Assembly (NCBI GenBank): GCA_963724765.1
Contig: CAVRVY010000003.1
Span: forward strand, 1,568,001 to 1,632,000
Origin: an uncultured delta proteobacterium
Lineage (GTDB): Bacteria; Desulfobacterota; Binatia; Binatales; Binataceae
Length of the DNA stretch: 64,000 nucleotides
Direction: 5' to 3'
Both the position numbers and the translations under genes were made by a program. Under the pieces are notes generated by a model. The model saw only the letters and a list, made by a program, of their open reading frames with translations. It ran no database searches and was not told the DNA's origin. How positions within the stretch are numbered: the first letter of the stretch is position 1; every line of letters begins with the position of its first letter. Below are positions 22,862 through 33,209 of this stretch, one piece after another.

Positions 22862-23125
22862 GGATATCCCACGGCAGAGAGGTTGCTACAGTCTTGGCCG
22901 GCGGTTGTGCCAGGGCCGGGCAGCCACCTTGGACGGCGAAATAATCCGGACGCGATCATGCGATTATGTGCCCGTCCTTTACGACCGTTTGATGGCCGAT
23001 CTCGATTGTCTGTTAGCGACCCAACCGAGCTTGTAGAGTTAGCCAGTATTCTGAGTACTCAATTCGCATAAGCTCGACTTGTCATAACGTCATTCAAGAG
23101 ATCCAACATTTCCAAAAAGCCGCGA

Positions 23126-23620
23126 CCTACGAATAAGGTCGAGCTCAAGTCGAGCATCCTTGAGGAGTGTGGCATCGATCCGCTCCCCGATCATAGTCAA
23201 ACAGAATTGTTCCAGCGCTTTGGCAATGAGTATCCGCTCGTGCTCACCACCGGCGGGCGAGTGATCGAAGGATTTCATCAAAATTCGCCGCAGATGGCCT
23301 GGTTCCGCAAAAAGTATCCGGATCCTCAGGCCACCATTCATCCACACGCCGCCCGGGAGCTCCACGTCGCCGAAGGCGACTGGATTTTAATCGAGACGCC
23401 AGTGGGCTCCGTCAGGCAGATAGTGCGGCTGAGCGAACGGGTCCATCCGCGCGTGATCCATGCCGACCGCTGGTGGTACCCTGAGCGCGAGGGCGCGCTG
23501 CCGGAGCTGTTCGGCGTGCTGGAAACTAATATCAATGTCTGCACACGGGCCGAGCCCGGCGACTGCGATCCGATAATGGGCGCATGGCCGCTGCGCGCCT
23601 TGCCTTGCCTTGCCGGATAG
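23126..23620 (+). pseudogene. Orphan C-terminal fragment of a molybdopterin oxidoreductase (molybdopterin dinucleotide-binding domain)
   Basis: PTNKVELKSSILEECGIDPLP...YPLVLTTGGR...FHQ...IHP...GDWILIETPVG...WWYPE; in-frame stop at 23069-23071 upstream, and the catalytic N-terminal part is absent. Confidence 0.75.
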
Positions 23621-24328
23621 TGCATGGGTGAAGGGCGGCAGGAGGAATCTTCAGATTTCGCCAAGGCCTTGGCCGACCCGGGAAATCATTTTGTGAGGCG
23701 GTGTACTCGGCCGGCGGTTGCAGCCATACCTTTGTCGGCAAGCGGGATGACCTCCTGCGGGTAGCGGACGGGGGCTCCAAATCGCCATCGCCGCCAACCC
23801 CGTTCGGTATTCTCCTCGCCCCAGTGCGGCACGGCTGCTCCCCGTAGGACAGTCCTGACATTCGTATTGTCTGGAAGGCTTGCTAACGTCAGGTCCCGCC
23901 TCATCGCGCTATGAAATCTCACAAAACGCAGCCGAGTCGAAACTCAAAGGAAATATAGATTGGACAAAGTTCCTAGCAAATATGACTATTTTAAGATGTA
24001 GGCCTACTTAAAAATGTGGTGTAGCGTGCAGATTATAGCATCCTTGTCATAAAGATAATTACAACGTTAAGTGCCGGTCCATCGTCCGGCACCAACGCAA
24101 CGTCAAAGTGGGGGTCGGCAAAACGAAGGCAGTCAAGAAAAGGACCGGGAAAATCGTGACTGTCACATTGCAAAGATGGCCTTGCAATTTATTCACTTCA
24201 GCAAAAAAGAAACTGCACTACCGCTCGGCTGCAATACGCCGGCATCGCGTTCTCGACAGCGGAAAACCCGGTGTCTCCGTGCATTTAGAGCGAGGATTGG
24301 CGGCTTTGCAAGTCTGTTGATTGTCCAC

Positions 24329-24344
24329 CGGCACGTGCCTTGCT
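24329..24344 (+). promoter_or_regulatory. Putative sigma-54 promoter upstream of the NtrC-like gene
   Basis: CGGCAC-GTGCC-TTGCT. Confidence 0.65.
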
Positions 24345-24680
24345 GGGCTTTGCAAGACAACTTGAGTCAGGGCTATCGGGTCGAACCCCGGGTCGCTCTA
24401 CCTTGATCGGCCGATCAGGCAGCGGCGAAGAAGCCCTGCTGCATAACTAGCCCATTGATTGCTTGGCAAGATGCTGAGTGGGGCATAAGAGGATGAATCC
24501 TGCAATCGCGAGAGCACCGCAGGAGGATCGCTGCTCGGATGTTCATTGCACCGACGATCCGAATAGAAACGAGAACGACGGGGTGGCTCTCAGGACCAAT
24601 GCACCTGGTGGTGCAATAAATCTCTGGTTTCTCGTGGCGCGTGTCATAGGAAGGAATACAGCCTCCCCGCAGAAATCGTT

Positions 24681-26141
24681 ATGAAAGCCAGCGCCAGAGT
24701 ACTCATCGTCGAAGACAACGCCGATGCGCGGGAGGCTTGGTCCCTTCTGATTTCGTCCTGGGGTTACCGAGTCGACCAAGCAGAAGACGGCGAGCGTGCT
24801 TTGCAGTTGATTGAAAGCTGCAATCCGCAAATCCTTCTGCTCGATCTCAGATTGCCCAAGAAAGACGGCTTGGCGGTGCTCGGTGAGATTCGTGCGAACG
24901 GCTGGCAGCTTCCCACCATCGTGATCTCTGGCGAGGGCGAGATCGAAGACGCAGTACAATCAATAAAGCTCGGGGCCTACGACTATCTGCGCAAGCCAGT
25001 CGATCCGCATCACCTGGAGGTATTGCTCAACAATCTGCGCACGCATCTGACCGTCAGCAAGGAAAATCAGCTTTTACGCCGGCGGCTGATGGACGCCGGT
25101 GAGTTGGGACAACTGATCGGGCAATCGTTCGCGATGCGCCGCGTGATGGCCTCGGTTGAGCAAGTCGCGCCGAGCAGCGCATCGATTGTAATCGTCGGTG
25201 AAAGCGGTACCGGCAAGGAATTGGTGGCTCGCACCATCCATGACCTTTCGCCGCGGTCCAACGGTCCTTATATCGCCATTAATTGCGCCGCCATGCCCGA
25301 GACCCTGATGGAAAGCGAGTTGTTCGGTCATGAGCGCGGAGCTTTCACCGGCGCCGATCGCCGCCGCGAGGGCTGTTTCGAACTCGCGACCGGCGGAACG
25401 CTCCTGCTCGATGAAATCGGCGAGATGAAGCCGGAATTGCAGGCGAAGCTTTTGCGGGTTCTCGAAGAACGGAAGGTTCGCCGTCTGGGCGGCAGTAGCG
25501 AGATCCCGGTCGATGTGCGCGTACTGGCTGCGACGAATCGCAATCTTGAGGCCCATCTTCGCGAAGGTAAATTCCGCGAAGACCTCTACTACAGGCTCAA
25601 TATTTTTACTATTCAGCTACCGACGCTACGCGATCGCCCTGAGGACGTCCCGACCTTGATCGAGCATTTCCTGCGACAGCTTGCCCCGCTGGCGGGTAAA
25701 CCGGTCGTGGGTATGGTAGCCGAATGTATCGAGCTGCTCAGGTCTCAACGCTGGCCGGGGAATGTGCGGCAGTTGCGCAATGTGATCGAACGGGCGCTTA
25801 TCGTAACACGGGGACCATTAATCACGACCGCAGACCTGCCGGAGGAAATCAAACCTACGCTGGCGGAACAGACTACACTTAATATACTGGAGAAGACGGT
25901 CAAATCTGAGTTGTCCGATGAGATCACACCCGGTTCTGATGTGCGCCCCGCATTGGAAGTGCATGTGGGAATGTCATTGAACGCGGTCAAACGCGAGCTT
26001 TTATTGCAGACGCTTAAATTTACCGGCGGCAATAAGGCAAAAGCAGCGGAAATTCTCGGCGTCTCCCTCAAGACTCTTTACAATCATCTCAACGACGATC
26101 TGGCTAGGCGCCCTATAGACGTTAAGTTCAAACAGACATAA
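24681..26141 (+). CDS. Sigma-54-dependent response regulator (NtrC/AtoC-like REC-AAA+-HTH)
   Basis: Receiver LLLDLRLP, Walker A GESGTGKE, ESELFGHERGAFTGA, LLDE, WPGNVRQL, Fis HTH GNKAKAAEILGVS. Confidence 0.95.
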   Translation: MKASARVLIVEDNADAREAWSLLISSWGYRVDQAEDGERALQLIESCNPQILLLDLRLPKKDGLAVLGEIRANGWQLPTIVISGEGEIEDAVQSIKLGAYDYLRKPVDPHHLEVLLNNLRTHLTVSKENQLLRRRLMDAGELGQLIGQSFAMRRVMASVEQVAPSSASIVIVGESGTGKELVARTIHDLSPRSNGPYIAINCAAMPETLMESELFGHERGAFTGADRRREGCFELATGGTLLLDEIGEMKPELQAKLLRVLEERKVRRLGGSSEIPVDVRVLAATNRNLEAHLREGKFREDLYYRLNIFTIQLPTLRDRPEDVPTLIEHFLRQLAPLAGKPVVGMVAECIELLRSQRWPGNVRQLRNVIERALIVTRGPLITTADLPEEIKPTLAEQTTLNILEKTVKSELSDEITPGSDVRPALEVHVGMSLNAVKRELLLQTLKFTGGNKAKAAEILGVSLKTLYNHLNDDLARRPIDVKFKQT

Positions 26142-26391
26142 GTGCAATCTATCTTGGCGCAGGCTCTTCCGGCCTGCATTCCGAACACATTGGCTCGCCG
26201 AAGCAGCCTGGAAGCTTAAAACTCTAACGAATTCAGCTTTGGTCGTCCCTCAGTGCGGTCAGCGCAGCTCTCGCACAAGTTTTGCCTTTTCACCTTTGCG
26301 ATCTCGGGATTGGATGAATACGGCAACGGCTGAAGAACCAATTGTTCTGATTGAATAACGCTGATTCCTGATTCGAAATGAAGGGCGCCGA

Positions 26392-26407
26392 TGGCATCAG
26401 AGTTGCG
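26392..26407 (+). promoter_or_regulatory. Putative sigma-54 promoter
   Basis: TGGCAT-CAGAG-TTGCG, 44 nt before the ATG at 26452. Confidence 0.75.
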
Positions 26408-26451
26408 GGCGATTCGATTGGTTCTCATTTTATGCTCAGAGAGCGAGGAAA

Positions 26452-26910
26452 ATGCCAGAGAAAGAAACTTTGAAGAAAGCGCGTCAGGATGCGGCGGAGG
26501 GCAAGTCCCCTTCTACTCAGGCTGGCGAGTTTGTGCGGGAAGAAATTAATCATGTCCGGGAAGGGAAGCATGGCGCTCGGTCGGCCAAGCAGGCGATTGC
26601 AATCGGATTGTCCAAAGCGCGCCGCGCCGGAGTAAAGCTGGCGCAGCCCAAGCGTTCAAGCACCAGCGCGAGCGCGCGAGAAAAGGCGAGAAACGATTCC
26701 ACCAAAGCACGCCATCCAGGCAAACCGTCGGCCAAACGGTCGCAGGCGACGTTGGGAGCGCTCAAGAGAGAGCGGCGGACGTCGGCCTCGTCGGAAGCAC
26801 TAGCTGAGCAGGCGCACTCGAGCGCTTCGCAGAGAACCAGAAAAGAGCGCAGTGCGGCTGGAAAAAAGGCCGCCAAGACGCGCTCGGAACGTTCCCGGTC
26901 TCGTCATTAG
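26452..26910 (+). CDS. Basic K/R/A/S-rich protein (DUF6496-like), stress-associated
   Basis: STQAGEFVREEINHVREGKHGARSAKQAIAIGLSKARRAGV; GAGGA RBS. Confidence 0.8.
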   Translation: MPEKETLKKARQDAAEGKSPSTQAGEFVREEINHVREGKHGARSAKQAIAIGLSKARRAGVKLAQPKRSSTSASAREKARNDSTKARHPGKPSAKRSQATLGALKRERRTSASSEALAEQAHSSASQRTRKERSAAGKKAAKTRSERSRSRH

Positions 26911-26982
26911 TGAGGCAGTGGTCCGATTGCGGTGCCGATGCTGAGTGCCGAGTGAGGCGAATGACGTACCGGGGAGAACTAA

Positions 26983-27623
26983 AAGCTCGCCACATATCGG
27001 GTGAAACGCGATTTTAGCAAGACCGTCGAGCCGAGCGGCGACTCCGAGCCCATTTCTTCGGATCGATTGCGTTACGTAATTCAAAAGCATGCGGCTTCCG
27101 GATTACACTATGATGTCCGGCTCGAAGTCGATGGAGTTTTGAGGTCGTGGGCTGTCAAGATCGATTGAAGGCAGTGGGTCTGATTAGCTTCTGCAAGACC
27201 ACCGGCGGCAAGGGTTTGCATGTGGTGACGCCGCTTGCGTACGTCAAGAAAGAACGCTTGGAATGGCCGGTCGCTAAAGCTTTCGCGCGCGAACTATGTA
27301 CGCAGATGGCTGCGGAGAGCCCAAATCGCTACCTGATCAACATGACGAAGAAGGCCCGCCCGGGCAAAATCTACCTCGACTATCTGCGTAACGATCGCAT
27401 GGCGACGGCAGTGGCGCCTCTATCACCGCGTGCTCGCAACGGTGCGCCGGTGTCGATGCCATTGTTGTGGACGCAGATGCGATCGGGACTGGATCCGATG
27501 CGCTTCAGCATTCGGACGGTACCGAGTCTGATCGGCAGAAGCGTCGCCTGGCAAGACTACTGCGAGGCCGAACGCGCATTGGGGCCGGCGATCAAACGAT
27601 TGAACAAGCTCAAGGCGGCGTGA
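26983..27623 (+). pseudogene. ligD: NHEJ ligase D remnant: phosphoesterase N-terminus joined out of frame to the polymerase C-terminus
   Basis: 26983-27156 reads [19 protein letters not shown]...[27 protein letters not shown] (PE domain). It abuts KTTGGKGLHVVTPL...IYLDYLRNDRMATAVAPLSPRAR (Pol domain) in another frame. The ligase domain is missing. Confidence 0.85.
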
Positions 27624-27626
27624 ACC

Positions 27627-28732
27627 TTGCCACGCGCTGCGAAAAAATCGAAGAGCAACGGAATAGCCGCGCTGCCCGTGCCGCTCGATACGCGTCCGAT
27701 GGAAGCGCGGTTGGTAGGCGATCTGCCGCGGGAGCCGGGCTGGCAATTCGAGCCAAAATGGGACGGCTTTCGATGTTTGGCGTTCCGGGCCGGCGACGAG
27801 GTCGAGCTCAGGGCCAAGTCAGGAAAGACGCTGTCGCGTTACTTTCCCGAAGTTGTAGCGATGCTCGGCGCGATTGCGCCCGAGTCATTTATCGTCGACG
27901 GAGAACTGGCCATTCCGATTGATGAAAGCCTCTCGTTTGAGGCGTTGCAGGCGCGCTTGCATCCTGCCGAAAGTCGCGTGCGCAAACTGGCGTCCAAACG
28001 CCAGCCATCTTCATCCTGTTCGATTGTCTGATGACCGCCGATGAAGTGAGCCTGCTCGACGCGCCGCTGACGGATCGTCGTGCCGCGCTTGAGGATTTCT
28101 TCGATTCCGCGAGTCGTGAAGCCGCCTTGAAGCTGACTCCGTATACCCGCGAGTATCGCGAGGCGCAGCGATGGCTGGATCACGCTGGCGGTGCGCTCGA
28201 TGGAATTGTTGCCAAACGTACGGACGGCGCCTACCATCCCGGCGAACGCGCGACCTCAAAGTTCAAGCGGATGCGCACGGCGGATTGCGTGGTCGGTGGC
28301 TTTCGATATGAGCAGGGTAGCCGCCTGGTGGGATCGTTGCTGCTCGGCCTGTATGACAAGGACGGTAAGCTGGATCACGTTGGCTTCACCTCATCCTTTG
28401 GCAGCACCGATCGAAAGGTCTTGACCAGGCGGCTTGAGGCGATGATTGGCAAACCTGGGTTCACCGGTAATGCGCCCGGCGGTCCGAGTCGATGGAGTAA
28501 CGAACGCAGCGGAGAATGGCAACCCCTGCGGGCCGAACTGGTCGTCGAAGTCCGTTACGATCACATCACCGGGGATCGCTTTCGGCATGGCACCCGGCTC
28601 ATCCGCTGGCGCCCCGACAAGGCGCCCGAACAGTGCACATTCGATCAGATCGAGCGCGAAGCCAGACCTGCGAGGCTGGTTGCGCAGACGCTCGATCGAT
28701 CATTGGCATCAGGCCCTACGCGACGACGCTAA
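27627..28732 (+). pseudogene. ligC: ATP-dependent DNA ligase (LigC-like), frameshifted near 27997
   Basis: EPKWDGFR, VDGEL in the first frame; TPAIFILFDCL, DGIVAKR, KFKR, RFRH...WRPDK in the second frame; could be an assembly error. Confidence 0.8.
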
Positions 28733-29078
28733 CGCGAACGGTTTTCAGTTATTCGGTCTTTTAATGGACTAGCCGCGCGCCGCCCGCCGGCGTCTCGAGT
28801 TGACTGCGCGCAGCGAAGCTATGAGTGCTGGCTTCAGCGTAGTCGAGGGTCGCTCCTTGCTGCGTCGTCCACTGAGAAAGCGGATTAAAGCGCCGACACA
28901 TAACGTGGCAGCGTGAAGACCGTTCCAGGCATCGATAATTAACAGCTCATAAGTGAGGCCAGATCCTAAAAACAATTGGCAGAGGGGGGCCATGCAACTC
29001 CTTAGCCTGGTGTGCGAATTTCAGCTTCGGCATTTATTTCAATTTGAAGGTCGTCGCCGTTGAAGGGAAGAAATGAAG

Positions 29079-29094
29079 TGGCGCATTTGTTGCT
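29079..29094 (+). promoter_or_regulatory. Putative sigma-54 promoter
   Basis: TGGCGC-ATTTG-TTGCT upstream of the YdeP-like gene. Confidence 0.75.
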
Positions 29095-29173
29095 CCGTCA
29101 TTCATCAATGATGTTTCGCGATTGAATACCAGCGATAAAAATCCAAAGTTTTGAAGAAAGCTCCTGATCAGCG

Positions 29174-31570
29174 TTGAAAACTCTCGATTTCACAACAACG
29201 AACCGCTTTCGGTATCCAGCCGGCCCCTTGCTCTTCGGGGTGTTGTTCGTATTGGGGGCCAAGCTTATTGCCAACAGGCGCCGAGCGCGCATCGTACCCT
29301 ATGCCGGACCGGCCGGTGGTCGGGGCTCTGCAAAAGCGGTTGGAGAAGCATTGATGCGCGAACGCGTGCCCCTCAGCGGCGCGCGCCTCTTGCTGCACCA
29401 GAATAAACATAGGGGTTTCGCGTGTGTCAGTTGCGCATGGGCAAAACCAAAATCACGCCCGTTGGAGTTTTGCGAGAACGGAGCCAAGGCTACCATCTGG
29501 GAAATTGACGCTCACCGGGCGACGCCGGAGTTCTTTGCGAATCACACGGTCCAGGATCTGCTTACGTGGTCTGACCACCAATTGGAACGACAAGGGCGTC
29601 TTACTTATCCGCTTCGGTGGGACAAGGAGAGCGATAAGTACCTACCTGTCCCGTGGGAAGAGGCTTTTCGCGATATCGGGCAGCGACTCCAGGGTTGTAA
29701 TCCTAAATCGGTGGTATTTTATACCTCCGGACGGGCCTCGCTTGAGACTTCTTACCTGTTTGGATTAATGGCTCGCCTTTACGGGAATAACAATCTTCCT
29801 GATTCCTCCAACATGTGTCATGAGAGCACGTCCGTAGCATTGCCCGAGAGTATTGGCGTGCCCGTCGGAACAGTTATCCTCGACGATTTCGACCAAACCG
29901 ATTGCATTCTCTTCTTCGGCCAAAACGTGGGCAGTAACAGTCCGCGAATGATGCATCAGTTACAAAATGCCGTTCAACGCGGTGCTCAAATCATTACTTT
30001 CAATCCACTGCGCGAGCGCGGATTAGAACGATTTACCAATCCTCAATCGCCTGTCCAGATGCTGACCGGCTCCTCCACCACGATCAGCAGTCAGTATCAC
30101 CAGTTGAAGGCGGGCGGTGATATCGCTGCAATCATGGGTATTTGTAAAGCCCTGATTGAGATGGATGACGCGAGCCGCCGCAATGGCCACGTATCGGTGC
30201 TCGATCATGAGTTTATAGAAAACCACGTCCACGGTTTTACAGATTTTGCCAATGACGCTCGAAATTATTCCTGGCAACATCTCGAGCGGGAGGCGGGAAT
30301 AAGCCGCGCCGCTATTGAAGCTGCAGCAGCGAGTTATGCTCGCGCGAAAAGCGTCATCGCCGTTTATGGTATGGGGTTGACGCAACATCGGGCCGGAGTG
30401 GAAGCGGTTCAGATGCTCGTCAATCTTCTGCTCCTGCGCGGGAACATCGGAAGACCAGGAGCAGGCATTTGTCCCGTCCGCGGCCATTCGAACGTTCAGG
30501 GTCAGCGCACGGTCGGCATCACTGAAAAGCCGGAATTGGTTCCGCTCGACCGGCTTGCCGAGCAATATGGCTTCGAACCCCCACGCGATAAGGGGATGAA
30601 TACCGTCGAAGCTTGCGAAGGAATAGTAGCGGGCCGCGTCAACGCCTTCGTCATGCTGGGTGGAAATTTCGTTAGAGCAATTCCTGAAAAGGAAATGATG
30701 GAAACGGCGTGGCGAAAACTGCGCCTTACCGTTGCGATCTCGACCAAGTTAAACCGCAGCCACCTAGTACATGGTGAAGTCTCTTATGTGCTGCCATGCC
30801 TTGGACGAACTGAGGTCGATCGTCAGGCGACCGGCCGGCAAGCTATCTCTACTGAAGACAGCACCGGGTTTTTTCACGCCTCTCGCGGATTCCAAAGACC
30901 GGCCAGCAAACACTTGCTGTCCGAGCCGCGAATCGTGGCGGAAATCGCGAAGGCGACCCTAACTCCCAATCCAAAAGTCGATTGGGATGGTTGGATCGCG
31001 GATTATGGCCAAATTCGTGAATCGATCGAAGCGACTTATCCCGAGAATTTCACGGCCTTTAACCGGCGGATGTGGCGGTCCGAGGGTTTTCAGCGGAAGA
31101 TCGCCGCGCGTCAGCGCAAATGGAAGACGAGCACCGGCAAGGCGAACCTTATCAGTCCCAAAAGCTTGCGCGAGGATCCTGATACTCGCCAGGCAGACGA
31201 TGTGCTTCGAATGATAACGCTGCGGAGCAACGACCAATTTAATACGACAATCTACGGATATGACGATCGGCTTCGAGGCATTCTTGGCACCCGTAGCATA
31301 ATACTCATGCACTGCAATGATATCGCGCGGCTGGGTTTAGCCGAAAGCCAGATGGTCGTTATCCCCACAGTTGCCGACGACGGAATTAGGCGAGAACTGA
31401 AGGGCTTGCAGGTCGTGACATATAATATCCCGGAGGGCTGCGTCGGAACGTACTATCCCGAGGCTAATGTATTGATTCCGCTGTGGCATCATGCCGAGCG
31501 AAGTAAAGTCCCGGCGGCAAAGTCTGTACCGGTGAGGGTTCATGCGTTAGGTGACCAGACGGGTCTCTAA
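29174..31570 (+). CDS. FdhF/YdeP family molybdopterin oxidoreductase
   Basis: CVSCAW, EFCENGAKA, YTSGRAS, NNLPDSSNMCHE, PVRGHSNVQGQRTVGI, RSNDQFNTTIYG; start uncertain. Confidence 0.9.
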   Translation: MKTLDFTTTNRFRYPAGPLLFGVLFVLGAKLIANRRRARIVPYAGPAGGRGSAKAVGEALMRERVPLSGARLLLHQNKHRGFACVSCAWAKPKSRPLEFCENGAKATIWEIDAHRATPEFFANHTVQDLLTWSDHQLERQGRLTYPLRWDKESDKYLPVPWEEAFRDIGQRLQGCNPKSVVFYTSGRASLETSYLFGLMARLYGNNNLPDSSNMCHESTSVALPESIGVPVGTVILDDFDQTDCILFFGQNVGSNSPRMMHQLQNAVQRGAQIITFNPLRERGLERFTNPQSPVQMLTGSSTTISSQYHQLKAGGDIAAIMGICKALIEMDDASRRNGHVSVLDHEFIENHVHGFTDFANDARNYSWQHLEREAGISRAAIEAAAASYARAKSVIAVYGMGLTQHRAGVEAVQMLVNLLLLRGNIGRPGAGICPVRGHSNVQGQRTVGITEKPELVPLDRLAEQYGFEPPRDKGMNTVEACEGIVAGRVNAFVMLGGNFVRAIPEKEMMETAWRKLRLTVAISTKLNRSHLVHGEVSYVLPCLGRTEVDRQATGRQAISTEDSTGFFHASRGFQRPASKHLLSEPRIVAEIAKATLTPNPKVDWDGWIADYGQIRESIEATYPENFTAFNRRMWRSEGFQRKIAARQRKWKTSTGKANLISPKSLREDPDTRQADDVLRMITLRSNDQFNTTIYGYDDRLRGILGTRSIILMHCNDIARLGLAESQMVVIPTVADDGIRRELKGLQVVTYNIPEGCVGTYYPEANVLIPLWHHAERSKVPAAKSVPVRVHALGDQTGL

Positions 31571-31795
31571 CTTATCTGACCGATTATATCGCAGTGTTTG
31601 CAGAATGATTGTAGCACTTTGGCCTCCGTCCATCGGCCCGAGCGGTATTAGCGCAAAGCCTAATCCACAGACAGATCTTTTCAAAGGACGTCTCACCAAG
31701 GGTGCGCACGAACCTGAAGAATTGTCGCGGGCGCTCGCGCCTATCCTGGGACATTTGGACACTCAGATCGCAAAGCCACAAAAGGAGCAAACGAA

Positions 31796-32011
31796 ATGCC
31801 AAAGCATGAAGGAGCGGAGCATCACAAGAAGGCTGCTGAACACCATGAGCATGCCGCCCGCCATCACAAAGAGGCGGCTCGCCATCACGAAGAGGGGTCG
31901 CATGAAAAGGGCGGTCATCATGCCCATATCGCCCATGGACATCATTTGAATGCTGTCCATCATGCGGAGGAGGCGGCTAAAACGCACGCAAACCAGCACA
32001 GCAGTAAGTGA
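31796..32011 (+). CDS. Small histidine-rich protein (71 aa, 21 His)
   Basis: AAGGAG RBS; repeats AEHHKKAAEHHEHAARHHKEAARHH; terminator follows. Confidence 0.85.
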   Translation: MPKHEGAEHHKKAAEHHEHAARHHKEAARHHEEGSHEKGGHHAHIAHGHHLNAVHHAEEAAKTHANQHSSK

Positions 32012-32018
32012 AAATAAG

Positions 32019-32050
32019 AACCGGCGGGATTGTATAAAATCCCGCCGGTT
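32019..32050 (+). terminator. 13-bp perfect hairpin, probable terminator
   Basis: AACCGGCGGGATT-GTATAA-AATCCCGCCGGTT. Confidence 0.75.
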
Positions 32051-32120
32051 AGTTCTCATAACAGAGGATCCAGGAATTAGTAAAGCAGCGTATCGAGCGT
32101 CAGAACAAAGGACAGCACAT

Positions 32121-32435
32121 ATGGATGACTATACACAGCGAGTGCGTTTACGCGCGTATTTGATCTGGGAACGCGAAGGTCGGCCGGAAGGGCTCGCAGA
32201 TGATCACTGGCTCGAGGCTGAACGGGACGTCGCGCAGGAAGAAGACGCTGCTGGCCTGCGAGCGGGACGTGCCTATGACAAAGGTGTCAAAGAGTTCACA
32301 CAATCCGGGCGGGTCGAACGAGCGGCTAAAGCGGCGCAGCAGGCGCTTGACGGCCCGGAAAAGGACGATCTCGAACAGGCACAGGAAACCGCGCGGCGGG
32401 CTGGCAGAGGCGATGATGCTGCCGGTCGGCGTTAG
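32121..32435 (+). CDS. DUF2934 domain protein
   Basis: RVRLRAYLIWEREGRPEGLADDHWLEAE; AAGGA RBS before ATG 32121. Confidence 0.85.
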   Translation: MDDYTQRVRLRAYLIWEREGRPEGLADDHWLEAERDVAQEEDAAGLRAGRAYDKGVKEFTQSGRVERAAKAAQQALDGPEKDDLEQAQETARRAGRGDDAAGRR

Positions 32436-32570
32436 GCTCGGCGCGGCCGATCCGCAATTTGCTATTGATGTTCGGGAGAGTTTTCGTCCGCGAAAGCGTG
32501 AAGCAGTGATCAAGCATCGCGATCCGGATAACTTCCGGCACATAAGATTCAAAGTTGAGGAAGACGTGAA

Positions 32571-33156
32571 ATGGTTAAACCTCTAGAGGGTAAGAAAATA
32601 GCGATTCTACTCACCGACGGCGTGGAGCAATCCGAATTGACCGAACCGCGGAGAGCGCTCGAGGAGGCGGGCCCAGATCGACCTGATTTCGCCTGCAGAG
32701 GGTACCATCCAGGCGATGAAGCACAGGGAAAAAGGGGACACCTTCAAGATAGATGTGCCGCTAAATGCGGCCGATCCCGGCGATTACGACGCGCTGTTGC
32801 TGCCGGGCGGTGTGGCGAATCCTGACGAACTGCGCACGAATTCTCAAGCGGTGAGCTTTGTCAGGGCGATCTTCGATAGTGGCAAGCCTGTGTCCGCGAT
32901 CTGTCATGGACCCTGGATGCTGGTCGAGGCCGATGTGGTTCGTGGACGGATGATGACATCGTGGCCGTCACTAAAGACTGACATACAGAACGCGGGGGGG
33001 ACGTGGACGGACCGCGAGGTCGTCCAGGATGGTCAATTGACTACCAGCCGCAAGCCCGAGGATATTCCTGCATTCATACGCGAGACGCTGGTTGCGTTCG
33101 CTGCGGCGCCGGAGAATTCGACTCTAAAACGGATCAACGCGTCGCTGCCGCGTTAG
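32571..33156 (+). pseudogene. PfpI/YhbO (DJ-1) type 1 glutamine amidotransferase-like protein, frameshifted near 32672
   Basis: KKIAILLTDGVEQSELTEPRRALEEAG, then in the next frame AQIDLISP...YDALLLPGGVANPD...AICHGPW...TSRKPED. Confidence 0.85.
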
Positions 33157-33209
33157 TCGGCAAGTATACGCAACGGTGCTCTGCGCCGAAGCAATTAGAA
33201 GGAGATAAC

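Noticed and set aside
24377-24402. tRNA 3'-end-like string CGGGTCGAACCCCGGGTCGCTCTACC as a possible att site
   Set aside because: Lacks the GTTC T-loop and CCA end, has no partner repeat, and there is no integrase in the window.
31756-31772. TGGACACTCAGATCGCA as a sigma-54 promoter for the His-rich gene
   Set aside because: Spacing is GG-N11-GC, whereas sigma-54 requires N10; not counted.
32660-32720. Programmed frameshifting in pfpI, ligC or AKR
   Set aside because: No slippery heptamer or stimulatory structure seen; simple indels or sequencing errors are more likely.
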